A DNA stretch of 64,000 bases from NCBI GenBank assembly GCA_964252035.1, contig OZ176200.1; one strand, given 5' to 3'. Origin of the DNA: Podarcis erhardii (lineage: Eukaryota). The position numbers were made by a program, and so were the translations under genes. This document shows, in pieces, positions 36,643-47,928 of this stretch. A model generated the notes under the pieces. It was not told the origin of the DNA and ran no database searches. It worked only from the letters and a program-made list of their open reading frames with translations. Numbering within the stretch: position 1 is the first letter of the stretch; each line of letters begins with the position of its first letter.

Positions 36643-38850
36643 GAGCGTGGGAAGCATTCAGTGTTTTTATGGACTCTTATCTCCTCTCCTTAATCAAGAC
36701 TAAAATATGGAGACTTCTCCACCCCCTCCTTCCCACTGCCCTCTGCTCTTTCCGGACCCCTTGGAAGGGACTTTGCCTGCAGAACTCCATCTGGCACACC
36801 ATGGTATTGGGACCTGAGCTCTGCCTGTGTGCTGTCGCTGCTGCTTGATGGAGAAGCACTGAATGACTTGGAGGGTGGGAGGGGTTGGTTGTCTGAGCCA
36901 CCGTGACCAGGGGCCACTTCAATCCATGGATTCTTGGACCCAAAGAGAATGGTGCTTTCCACAGAGGTCTCTTGCCTCTTTCCTTTCCGTGGCTTTTTTA
37001 GGAGCACTGGGGAAGGAGCCCATCCAGCTCGTCTCCTGCGAGAAAAACTGGTGCTTCAGCACAGTATGAGATGTCTGACCCTATTCTCCCCGGAACTCGT
37101 GTCCACGGTCCACACTGCATTGTTTTCTTAGGCATCGAGGCATCCATTCCTCCTTAAATCTGATCCTTTTTCCAAAGCAGCTTCAGTCTCGCCCTCCAGC
37201 ACCGTTGTACACAGCTTAGAAAACAGTATTTCCCTGCTAGGATGGAAGGCAGGCTGGCTGCTTCTTCGGGTCACCCCTCTTCTCCCTTCCTCCTTTAGTT
37301 GCGGGAAAATGTCACCTCCTTCCCACCTGGCTTCTTCTAGAGGGGCCTGCGTTGGTCAACCGGCTCGCAACGTTGAATCTCCCTTAAAAAATAGATCTGG
37401 CTACTGCAGGTCCGCTTTCCACTGATTTGCTAACCATTTTCCTCGCTTTGTTTCATGCAATAGCTGCTCCAGTTGTAACTTCTGATGTAAACCTTTGTTT
37501 CTGGGGCCAGCCCCTCCCAGATTGCCGCCTTCCTTGTTGTAGAGGAAGTGTTGTGAACGGAGACCATAGAATGGAACGGGGCAAAGTCAAGCTGGGGCTA
37601 CCTGGAAGTTACCGAATGCAGCACACCCTAAGCATTTTTAAAATTCTATGTGATGTACTTGTTGAACGTGTTGATTTAAGGTCCAGAGCTTTCCTTGGCC
37701 CCTGCCTCCTTTTAAAAGGAGTTCCTTTTTGGAGTGGTTCACTCATGAGTTTGCTTCAGATAGCACCATACCTCACTGATCTCTGGCATGCCAGTCTAGG
37801 GAGACGATTAGAGACAGTGGGAGGCGTCTCTTCACACCACCATATTTAGCTGTGTTATGTAATCGTAAGTAGGGTTTCTGGAGCCACTCTAGTCACCAGG
37901 CAGCCCTTTGAGACCAGTTGCAGCAAAAACCTGCTTGTTCGGAGCATTAAGGGACAAAAGCACCTGCAGAGCTCTCATCTTTGAGTTGCAACCCTTTGGG
38001 TGTTCATTTTCAGCTTTCATTGCTCCATCCTAGCCTGAGCACCCAGTTACTTAAAATCAAGGTAACACGTTACACCCTGGAATATGCAGTCTCCAGCAAC
38101 TGGGTCTCGGTAGTGAGGCCAAGCATCTGTTGTGTTCACAAACACTTAATGTGATTGTTCAGCTGCATGGTGAAGCCTCCCTTGTAGAAGGACCCTGTTT
38201 TGTCTCACAGAACAATGTTGTGGCCCAAGGTGGAGGGGGTGGTGTCTGGCAAAGGATGTTCTTGTGTGATGTGGCACCTCCTTTTGTACTGTTGATCACA
38301 GAGGTGCTCAGCTCTAAATGTGGTTTTTTAAAAAAATAAAACGGGGAAAGTTGTGTAAGCAATGGAGCGACAACTTAAAATGTAAAATATATTAAAAATT
38401 GATGATTGGAAAAGTTGCTTTTTACATAATGGACATTTTTAGTTTGTTTTGAAATAATGGAAGTAAGAAAAGAAAGAAATGAAACAACAGAAACATAGCC
38501 TTGGTTCCTCTCAACTCACCCACCCCTGTTCTTCGTGATTTGATTTGTTTGTCTTTTTCTGATAGGTTGGAAATTGTGTAATAAACTTGATGATATTGTC
38601 AATCTTTTATACTGCATTGTATGGCTTCTTTTCATTTTGTAACTATTTTGAATGCTGGGTGAGCTGTTTTCTAGAATCTCCACTAAATATGAGCGGGGGG
38701 CAGGGGGGATGGAAAAGAAGATGGATAGATAAGACAGGTGCCATATTTTGGCTGGGTAGTAGCCCTTGTACAACCATGGTGTTATGTACTGCTAAACTAG
38801 TTCCAAAACCACTTTATGTACACATATTAAAATGATTTTTTAAAGCTTCT
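36643..38850 (+). other. CPSF7: CPSF7 terminal non-coding exon (3' UTR)
   Basis: Donor GTGAGA at 34483, 5 nt after the stop; acceptor TTTGTCTCTTTCTAG ending 36642; AATAAA 38580-38585 and ATTAAA 38826-38831. Confidence 0.75.
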
Positions 38851-39429
38851 ATCTCTCAGTCATCTCCATTTAAAGGGGAGTGTCTGGTAGCAAGCCAAGG
38901 AAAGATTTGAGAATTTCTGCCAGTGTGAAATCAGTACACTGAATGAAGATTCAATGTTCAGCATCATTTTAAGTTGCTCCTTTAAAAAATATTTGCTCTG
39001 GAAAACATGAACAGAAATCACAGGTTTCATAAAAAGGGATAAGCATTATGCTGAACAGAGATGGGGAAATGAAGCCACGATGGAAACAGATGAAACTCAA
39101 GCACTTTGAAAGGGGATTGTGCCTTTCATGTGAAATTGAATATTACAGGCAAGGATGCAAGGAAATATAATAGCATATAAGGGCTTTCTGTCTATGGCAG
39201 GAAAAGGTTCAGTTACAAGAATATTGTCCTGATTGCTAGTGGTATTCAGTGAAATGTTTCTGGGGTTCATAGGCTTGCACAGATGGTTTGTGTTTCATCT
39301 TCCTGAAGGTTTGTCATACAAGGGCATTTGCCTGTGACTGGCGGGTGAGGTGGTAGTACTTTCAGAATGCAGCTTGAGTGGTGAACAGCCTGTGGGAGGG
39401 GCTTAATGCTGAGTGGGTGGGTTTACCTG

Positions 39430-39442
39430 GTTGCTAGGTGAT
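39430..39442. promoter_or_regulatory. RFX X-box-like site ~95 bp upstream of the fascin-like ATG
   Basis: GTTGCTAGGTGAT: perfect GTTGCTAGG half-site, same core as the SAXO4 boxes, second half imperfect. Confidence 0.5.
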
Positions 39443-39536
39443 GATTGTGATCTAAGGGACCAAGGATTAATCTCAAGTGAGCCCAGATAACTGGTCTGAT
39501 GAATGGGTACCATTCAAGTCTCTTGTTATTCTCACC

Positions 39537-42500
39537 ATGACATACTCACTAGAATTTGGCCTTGTTAATGCGGCCAACCGGTACCTGACTGCTGAACCTT
39601 TCCGTTTCCAGGTGGCAGCCACAGGCAAGCAACTGAAGCCTCGCCAGTTGTGGGTACTGCAGTTTGTGAGCCCACAGGGAGCTGGGGCAGCTGGCCCAGG
39701 AGAAGGGGCTGGCCAAAAGCTTCACCTGATCAGTGCACTGAAACGCTACTTGGCGGCTGACGCAAATGGAAAAGTCACCTGTGACCAGGACAAACCAGGG
39801 CCTCAGACCTTCTTTCTCTTGCATCAATATCCAGATGGCAAGGTGCTGTCTCTCACCCAAGCACAAGCATCCTATCTCTCAAGTGTAGCTTATGTCCAAT
39901 ATTATCGGGCTGGAATTCTGGACAAAGAGGGTTGGTTGTGGTTGGGTGGGTGAGATGGAGGGCAGAAGGTAGGAAAACAATGCTTAAAGTTGCTTCAGTA
40001 GGGCCTCAAAACTATTCCGCTATTGCCCAAATGTGGGTCTCTTGTTTTGCTTACAAATGTTTTTTTACAATTAAGAGGAAGAAGTGAGGGCAGGATTGCG
40101 CTCGATTTGCAGACTAGTTTGCTGTGGTGAGAAGCAGGGTCTTTTCTTAGTGTGCAAGTTTTTAGATTCTTACGGGTAAGTCCAGGCAGCAGATTCCTGT
40201 AAAGTGCATCAGGAAGAGTGTAAAATGTCCCTGGACTTCCCCCACCCCCATGGTCTCCTTGGAAAGCCAGTCACATGAGCCAAAGCTCTTTGCCCCTGTC
40301 GGCCAAACAGTATGATAGCCAGCCACTATGGGCTGAAGGGGAGAGAATGTGTCTGAATAGCTTATTTGAGTCCCTGTGCCTGGTGTATCCTTCAAGGTGC
40401 CCTAGCCACTTCCCATCCACAACTGGAAACAACTGTTGCACAATGGAACTTAGGTGATCATGGCAACTCCATAAGCCAAAAGGTGTAACATAATTGGTGT
40501 GATGATACCTGAATTTTATTCTGCCGTGTTCTTTGCTCATTGAGAGTGTTCCTGCTTTTCTTGTCTTGGGCAATGTAGTTGACCAGACATCCTTCCCTCC
40601 CTGCAGGTGTCCTTGCAAAATGAACAGTCCAAGCGCTACCTGGGTGGAGCAGAGGATAATGTTACTTGCTTTGCCCAGGCTGCCACCGAAACTGAAAAAT
40701 GGACCCTCCACCTGGCTGTGCACCCCAATGTTGCCATGTACAACCCCAACAGGAAGCGTTATGTGCGGTGTGATGATAAAACTGGGGTGCTGCGCTGTGA
40801 CCGTGACATGCCCTGGGGAGCTGAATCAGTCATCACTATCTACTATGATTTCAGAGGTGGGTGGTGGCATTTTCCTATTTTGTTTTCAATTGATATGTGC
40901 ATTTTTCTCTCTAATACTGTAACACACATCTCCCCCCCCCCTTTGTTGGGGGAGCGTGTTAAAGAAGCAAAACATTCTGCTGTAGGGTTACACACACACA
41001 CACACAGACACACACACAGTAATTCCTGTTGCAGGTGAGGACTTATAGCTACCATACTAACAAGAAAGTTGCTTCTTCTGAACTAAGGATTGTTTAAAGT
41101 TTTCTGTTTTCCTCTCCAACTATGGAGCAGACACCTGGGGTAAGTCTGAACACCTGGAAAGACTTGAGAAATTTGAGAGATGGAGAAAGTTTGTACCAGT
41201 CACAGGCTTTCTCCTCCCACAGTGAGAAAGTTGCTACTTTATTCTACAGATGTTTGTCTGCTTGTGATTTTACCTGTACATGAGGATTTCTAAGTGCTAC
41301 AGGTGGGTGGGGTGGCCTGGGAAGGCAGTAAGTGCTTCTAAGTGGAAGGTCTTAATTCAAAAAGTTTGAGTAACACTGCCTTATTTACACATCTCTATCC
41401 AAAAGCCACCCAAGCACCTTCTAAGATAGTCCTCTGTTATTGATGTGTGAAAAAGTTCAGTTTGAGTCATTTGCATCTCCTCCAATAGGTCTGGAGTCCA
41501 ATGGTGAGAGAAGGCAATTTTCCCCATACATACCAGGTGAATTCAAATTCTGTTTACCCAAGAAGTCACTGTGGCTGGCAGGAATTTTGGTTTCCTTAAC
41601 ATCATTAATTAGCTTGGGTAATTCTTAGAACTACTAATTGCCCTATGCAAGACTTTCTGGTAAGTTAGACACCAGTGCAAACTTTCCAAATAAGACAAGA
41701 AAGGGAATTGTCTGTACAGAGAAGTTTCCAAGTGCAAATCCTCTTTCCTGACCATATTGATGTTGGAGGTTCCCCACTCTCTCTCACACACTTTTAAGTG
41801 AAATTGCACACTAGGCTAAAGAATCTAATACAACCAGTTTTTAAAACACACATGTAGTGTGGATAAAGGTGTGTATTAGTGCAGATGAGAACATTATTTC
41901 AATCCCAATCTCAGCCTGCATGTGCCCATGGCACATCTCACTATACCTGGGTTGGGGCAATGGCCTCTAGCTTTATCAAGCACACACGTAAACCCCCAAA
42001 GTAACTATGCAAGAAAAATAGGGTGTAATCTACGAGGAAACAAATGAAGTGTCATGAAGTGTCAGCACCACCAATGCTGTACAAAGCTGAGACCCAATGA
42101 ACGTCAACTTGCCTGTCAGAACAAAGCACAGGGGGCTGTTTACACACATGTACAAATGATATATGAGATTCTGGGCAAGGGAAATACAATGGGAAATGTT
42201 AAGGGCGAACAGGACTAGGGTACTCTAAAGGGTTGGTGTTTGGAACTGCAGGCAGGGTGGGCCTGTATGGCAATTCTGCAGTGAAACAAGCATCAACTCT
42301 GATGCTACTTTGTAAGACAATTGATTTGGAGATTGTTTTCCAGGACTAAACATCAAACTGCTGTCAACCTCTCATTTCTCTCACCTTTATCTCCAGCAAA
42401 GAAGTATGGATTGAGGAATGGGGCTGGCAAACTGTTGGCTTCCAATGGCTCACTAGTGCCAGATGTTACCCCACAAACGTTGTATTCCCTGGAGGTGCAT

Positions 42501-45500
42501 GGCGGCTTGGTTGCTCTGCGGGATGAGGAGGGAAAGTACTTGACTGGGCGAGAGGGTAGCATGAGAACCGTGAAGATGGACAAACCTGGACGGGAGGAAC
42601 TCTTCAGCATGGAATCCAGCCCTGCCCAGGTCTCTATGCGCTCTTCTTCTACTAACAAGTTCATTTGCTGCAGGCCAGGTAAGTCAGGAGAAAACAGCAC
42701 TATCTATATTGCATTGCACTTTGTGAAGCCTCTGAAGCTGATTGGCTGTTCCTGTCTGATGAGACAGAATGTTTGTGACCATTCCACCTGCTCAGAAAAT
42801 GAGGCACAGTGGTAGTCCACATTCTGCAAGCAATGGGGCAGTTGTCAGTTTGGTTGGGTAAAACTGAGATAAGACTGACTCAGGAGGCAGGGTGAAGGCT
42901 GGGAGGAGTTCTTAGAAGGTAGGTAAGCTTAGATGCTGGGACCTCAGAGGCAAGATGGATGAAGAGAGGGTGCAGAAGTAAGAAGCAGGAAAAGTGCACA
43001 TACAACTGAAGTAGCAAGGATCCAGTAAGATTACGGTCCCTGAAAACCCCCACAGCATTTCTTATTAAAAGTGGTGTGACAGAAGTGCTAGGGAAGCTTG
43101 CACGTGACGTTTTGTGCTCTTAAACCAGCCTGCCTCCAAAGATAAAGATAGGAAGGTCCAAATGATCCTAGGTCAGTTGACACACAGACAATGCCCCCAT
43201 TCTCTGCACGATGTTTTCCTCATTCAATCCACAAAACACTGATTTCAGCCTGCAAGGAGTGGGCAATGGCATATGTAGGAATGCTGACCTAGGGTGTTTC
43301 TTCCCTGCCCCCTGCAGGTGCTGATCTCTATGCCAATGCTATGGCTGTTGGCAACACAGAGATCTTCCAGGTGCTGTTTGATGACACCACAAAGAAGGTC
43401 TGCTTCCGTAGCCACAGCGGCGCATATATGTCCTTGGTGAGTGTGCCTGCCACGCGTTACGAGGAACAGCAGCGATCAGGCAGGACCTAACTATGTTTCC
43501 TAACTACGGAGAAAGACGGCAGCTCGTAGGTGGTAGAGCACCTGCTTTGCATGCAGAAAGCCCCAAGCTTTTTTCAGCCACAGCCACTCATTCCAGTCTT
43601 GTCCCCAACCTCCTTCCGACTATATTCTACAATGGGCAACACTGAGACTAAGGAGGGAGGAAGCTGACAGGCAGTCCCACCCCATGACTGGTTGTGAGAA
43701 TGTGGGGACTGATCAAGGGCAGAGTGAGGATGGTGGGGCAGAGCCCCTTTTGCCCAAGTGGATCAGCCTCCACTAGATACATCTGTGCCCAGATTGTGGT
43801 GCACCAACTTAATCTGGAATTCTTTTAAATGTGAGCAAGGAGGTGAGTGAGCTGCATCCTCGACACTTGGCTGCGAGCATTCACAAAAATTGTGGCCTGG
43901 TTCAAAAAACAAAACAACTTAAGCTTGAAACTTGATGTAGTAGAGGCTTTGCCACCTCAGGTGTTCACCAACTCTCCCCAGATGAAGATATATCTGTGCC
44001 GTGTGTGTATTAATACAGAAAGGCAGGCTGCAAATCAAGAGGATAATAATATAGCAAGCAGGGAACTGATAAAAGGAGGCTTGTTAAATAGCAGTAGATG
44101 GCTCTTGGTCCTGGACTTGTTTGTTAATGTTAGTAAGGACTGTCTCAGTCCTTTTCCAAAACATTTTTGTCAACTTTAGTGTGGGTGGGGGGAGTTACTC
44201 TATTCTACAAAGCAAAGCAGGGCATTATACACAATCCTCCTTGTGGAAAAGTGAAAAATTGTTTTTTGTACACTGAGGATGGAGAACCTGTGGCTCTCGA
44301 GTTGTTGTACTCAAATGCCTATTGTCCTTGATCATTGGCTGGCAGTTATTACTCCAACATATTCAGGGCCTCAGGTTTCTCATCCCTGCCACAGATGAAA
44401 TATGTAAGAGTGCAGTAGGAATGCACAACTTCCTGAACAACCTCTTAAGAGAAAGCTAACTGCTTAAGCCTGGAGGGCTGGAGACATCTTTTTCAGGTCT
44501 GCTATACACTTACCTGGGAGTAAAACTTACTTATAAGTAGAGTTGAAGGTGATCTTCTGGCTGCATTGTTGTTCCTGGTGTGCACATACACTATCTGCTA
44601 TGGACCATGGTCAGAAATTTTACAGATTTTTGTTGTGCTTCAAAACTTATACTGTCTACATCTAACATACCATTTAGAAATCTTAATAGTTTGGCTTCAG
44701 TCTGGGCTATGGTTCACATAGTGCAACTTGAAGTGTGAAGTCAACAAGAAAGTGGCTTTGAATAAAGCCAAGGTCCACCACCATCCCTATCTTGCTGATG
44801 CTAGAAACCCTCCACTTTTGGAGGTAACTACTGCTGGATGCGGGTGGCGCTGTGGGTTAAACCACAGAGCCTAGGACTTGCTGATCAGAAGGTCAGGGGT
44901 TCAAATCCCCGCGATGGGGTGAGCTCCTGTTGCTTGGTCCCTGCTCCTGCCAACCTAGCAGTTCGAAAGCACGTCAAAGTGCAAGTAGGTAAATAGGTAC
45001 CGCTCCGGCGGGAAGGTAAACGGCGTTTCCGTGCGCTGCTCTGGTTCGCCAGAAGCGGCTTAGTCATGCTGGCCACATGACCTGGAAGCTGTATGCCGGC
45101 TCCCTTGGCCAATAAAGCGAGATGAGCACCGCAACCCCAGAGTCTGTCATGACTGGACCTAATGGTCAGGGGTCCCTTTACCCTTTACTGCTGGACTAAC
45201 CTCCCTGGTATTGAGATGCTCATGCATTGCTGTACTCTTGTGTTGCATCACCCACCACAATGGGATTCTCAGTCTTCATGCAGCACCCAATGCCTTCCAC
45301 TGAAAATATATCAACATGGATCTCAGAACGTAGCTGATAAAGGGACTGCAGCAGGAGGTTTCTATCAGACAAAGTAAGCTGAAAGCACAAAAAGCACTTT
45401 CCAGTGAATGCATCCTGTCTTTTGCAGGGTCCTAATGACTGTATTAACAGCAACACTAAACAGGACAGGAATGTCTGGTTCGACATCCAGTACCAAGACC

Positions 45501-47499
45501 AAAAGGTGTGTCTCCGCATAGCAGACAAGCAAGTGTCCATGCGGCCCAATGGACAGCTCCTGGCAATTCCCAAAGCTGCAGGTACAAGTTGGTAGAGAGC
45601 TTCTCTTACAAGCACCAGGGCATCAGGGTGGACAGGGGAAGACAGCTAGGGTGGGAAGAGAGACTGCACACTGCCAGCTGCAAATTAGCTTTAGGTAGTT
45701 CTAGGGGAAAGGAGTGGAAGCGACAGCCTTGCCCCAAGTCCCTAGATAGCCCTCTAGAGGAATAATGTGGGGAAAGTGTATGCACAGAAACCAAGCTGTC
45801 CCTGGATATAAAATTGGAACATGGGGAGCCAACCTTAAGCTCATCCCATGAAATGGCTTTTTAGACACCTCAAGGGCTTCTTGTTGGAAACCAGCAACCA
45901 AAACTTTCATAATCTTGCTCCTGCAAGATGGAATGAGTTCTGTTTACACTCTCTTCCTTACACTTTGGAGTAGCTAACATCACTACAAATACAGCCTAGA
46001 TGAAAGAGAAAAAAACACCCTAAGACTCACTAAAACACTGCCCCTCTGTGCATATAATCCTGGCCCCCAGAACTGCATACCAAGTAGGTTGACACTGCTT
46101 CTGTAATATGATCTGGGAAGCTGTCAGAGAATGAGTTCCAGTTTGGGGAGAACCACCACCAGAAATAGCTGTGCAGTTGTTGTCCATAGTGGTTACTTGA
46201 ATGAACTTTGGGGCAAATGCCACCGACAGTAGAAATCGGGATAAAACCCAAGGGAAGAACAGTATTTGAAGTCCAAGCCATTAAAAGCTTTCTGTGCCAT
46301 AAGCAGCACCTTGAATCAAGTAAGAAAGACTAGAGGGAGACATTGTGAATTCTGGGCCCCTGTTACAACACTCAGCCTGGCTTCTCAGTGTGGGGCGATT
46401 TCTCCTGATCTTTAGCACTGAGGTTGACTTTCCCTGGGGAGCTGATTCCCTCTTGAGAGCAAAAGGAAGGGTGGCAAAATAGTTCTCTTTGAAAGCCAGG
46501 TGCGGCCAATGCGAAAGGTTTCCCTTGTACCTTCAGGGAAGAGTGAAGATTTCCTGCTGGTGCTGGTGAACCGGCCACTGCTTGTCCTGCACAGTGATGC
46601 CGGCTACGTGGGTCTGTGTTCTGACATGAGGAAGTTGGAAGGGAACTGCGTCAGCTATGTTGCCAGCAGCCTGTCGCTCACCGAGGAAGGCTACTACAAC
46701 TTCCAAGTTGGTTAGTATGTTTCCAGGTGGAACTAAGTATATTCCAAGGGGTTGGGGTCTCCTAGTATCTGTGTTGCGAGAGAAACATGACCTACTCGTA
46801 AATGGGAGCTGCCATCAAAGGATTTTTATAAAAACAAGCCTAGTTTATACGTAGCCATAAGAGGGAGCCAAAACTTGCTTTCCCAAACCAAAACAATGCA
46901 AGAGAGCGCATCATCACTATCCCCCCACCCTTGCCATTTGTTTTGCTCCATGACCTCTGGACAATAGTTTCCTAGGCCCAATTGAGGATAAACTACTGTT
47001 CAGGTTGGATGGCCATCTGTCATGGTTGATTTAGCTGTGATTCCTGTGTTTCAGGGCGTTGGACTAGATGACCCCCAGGGTCCCTTCCAACTCTATTATT
47101 CTAGGTGTCGGTCATGTTTTCACTTTATACATGGTTTCTTTCTAAACCATACCTAGTATTGCCATGACAAGCACATCCTAATTACCTGTGATTCTTTTAC
47201 CTTGTAAACATTAGAGAGATCCAAGAGCTGGTCTTGCCACGCCTCTACCTTCCCTGACCCTCACCCTTCCTTCCACTAATTCTGCCACTTGACTTGCAGG
47301 CAGCAAGTACTGGGCTCTGGATAACGATGGACAAATCTTGGTAAACAGTGACCGTCCCAGCAATTTCACCATCCAGTTTGCATCCTCCAGCTGCCTGATC
47401 ATCAAAGCACCCAACAACAAGTTTTTTGTGGCTGAGCAAGGAGGCCGACTATGGGCAGGGGCTTCAGACGCATCTGGAGCAACACTGTTCCATTTCTGA
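39537..47499 (+). CDS. Fascin-family actin-bundling protein (four beta-trefoils), divergent paralog, complete, 494 aa
   Basis: Exons 39537-39842, 40607-40856, 42397-42678, 43318-43436, 45428-45581, 46537-46710, 47300-47499; all GT-AG, phases 0,1,1,0,1,1, 1485 nt with no internal stop. Fascin motifs: FGLVNAANRYLTAE, RYLAAD.NGKVTC, CFAQ...EKWTLHLAVHPNV, RKRY, DRDMPWG, NRPLLVL, KYW. CACCATG start; AATAAA 47526-47531. Confidence 0.92.
44839..45190 (+). mobile_element. Sauria SINE in fascin-like intron 4
   Basis: GCGGGTGGCGCTGTGGGTTAAACC head, GGGGTCCCTTTACCCTTTA tail; TACTGCTGGA at 44829-44838 and 45186-45195 (TSD). Confidence 0.85.
47020..47105 (+). mobile_element. CR1 3' end
   Basis: GTTGGACTAGATGACCCCCAGGGTCCCTTCCAACTCTATTATTCTA. 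Confidence 0.75.
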
Positions 47500-47914
47500 G
47501 AGCATCTGACCTTGCTCTTCCCACCAATAAACTTTTTCTGTGTGGGCTTACTTCATGCTTATCTCAACTGATGCCCAATTGGCCCATGTGTTAGACCTCT
47601 TGGAAATGACCCTTCCTCCGTAGATCCTCCCTCACACAGGGCATACTTGAACTCTAAATGAAAGCTCTGCTACCTACAGCAGACCCAAGCCAGGACCCTT
47701 TCATGTGAATTTCCTTATGCAAAAACTTTCTGTGCCTATGAGGTCCCTTCTGAACTGCCTTCATGCAGCTAGGATGATTTGCAAAGCCTCAGTTATCTTA
47801 AAGATGTGTACCTCTCTTCAGCCCAAGAGGGGCCCCCCATGCTTCTAGGAGCACTGTTGTTCTCCCAGTGTACCAATGTTTGTCTGAAGCTCCACATAGC
47901 TACAGTAGTTTAAA

Positions 47915-47928
47915 AATAAATATTTATT
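47915..47928. terminator. Palindromic poly(A) signal AATAAATATTTATT
   Basis: AATAAA on + (47915-47920) and on - (47923-47928), between convergent fascin-like and TMEM216 3' ends. Confidence 0.6.

Noticed and set aside
39477-39953. ORF-track version of fascin exon 1 (GTG start, read-through to 39953)
   Set aside because: ATG 39537 has the better context and aligns with fascin N-termini; homology stops at DGK. Stronger-looking donors at 39946 and 39950 give phases 1 and 2, incompatible with the phase-0 acceptor at 40607. The 39843 donor (GTGCTG) is weak and needs RNA support.
39537-47499. Naming the fascin-like gene FSCN1, FSCN2 or FSCN3
   Set aside because: Wrong synteny (no adjacent ACTB/ACTG1 or ARF5), different intron pattern and high divergence; symbol left empty until a phylogeny is run.
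39537-47499. Fascin pseudogene or retrocopy
   Set aside because: Six introns, no frameshift or premature stop over 494 codons, intact poly(A) signal.
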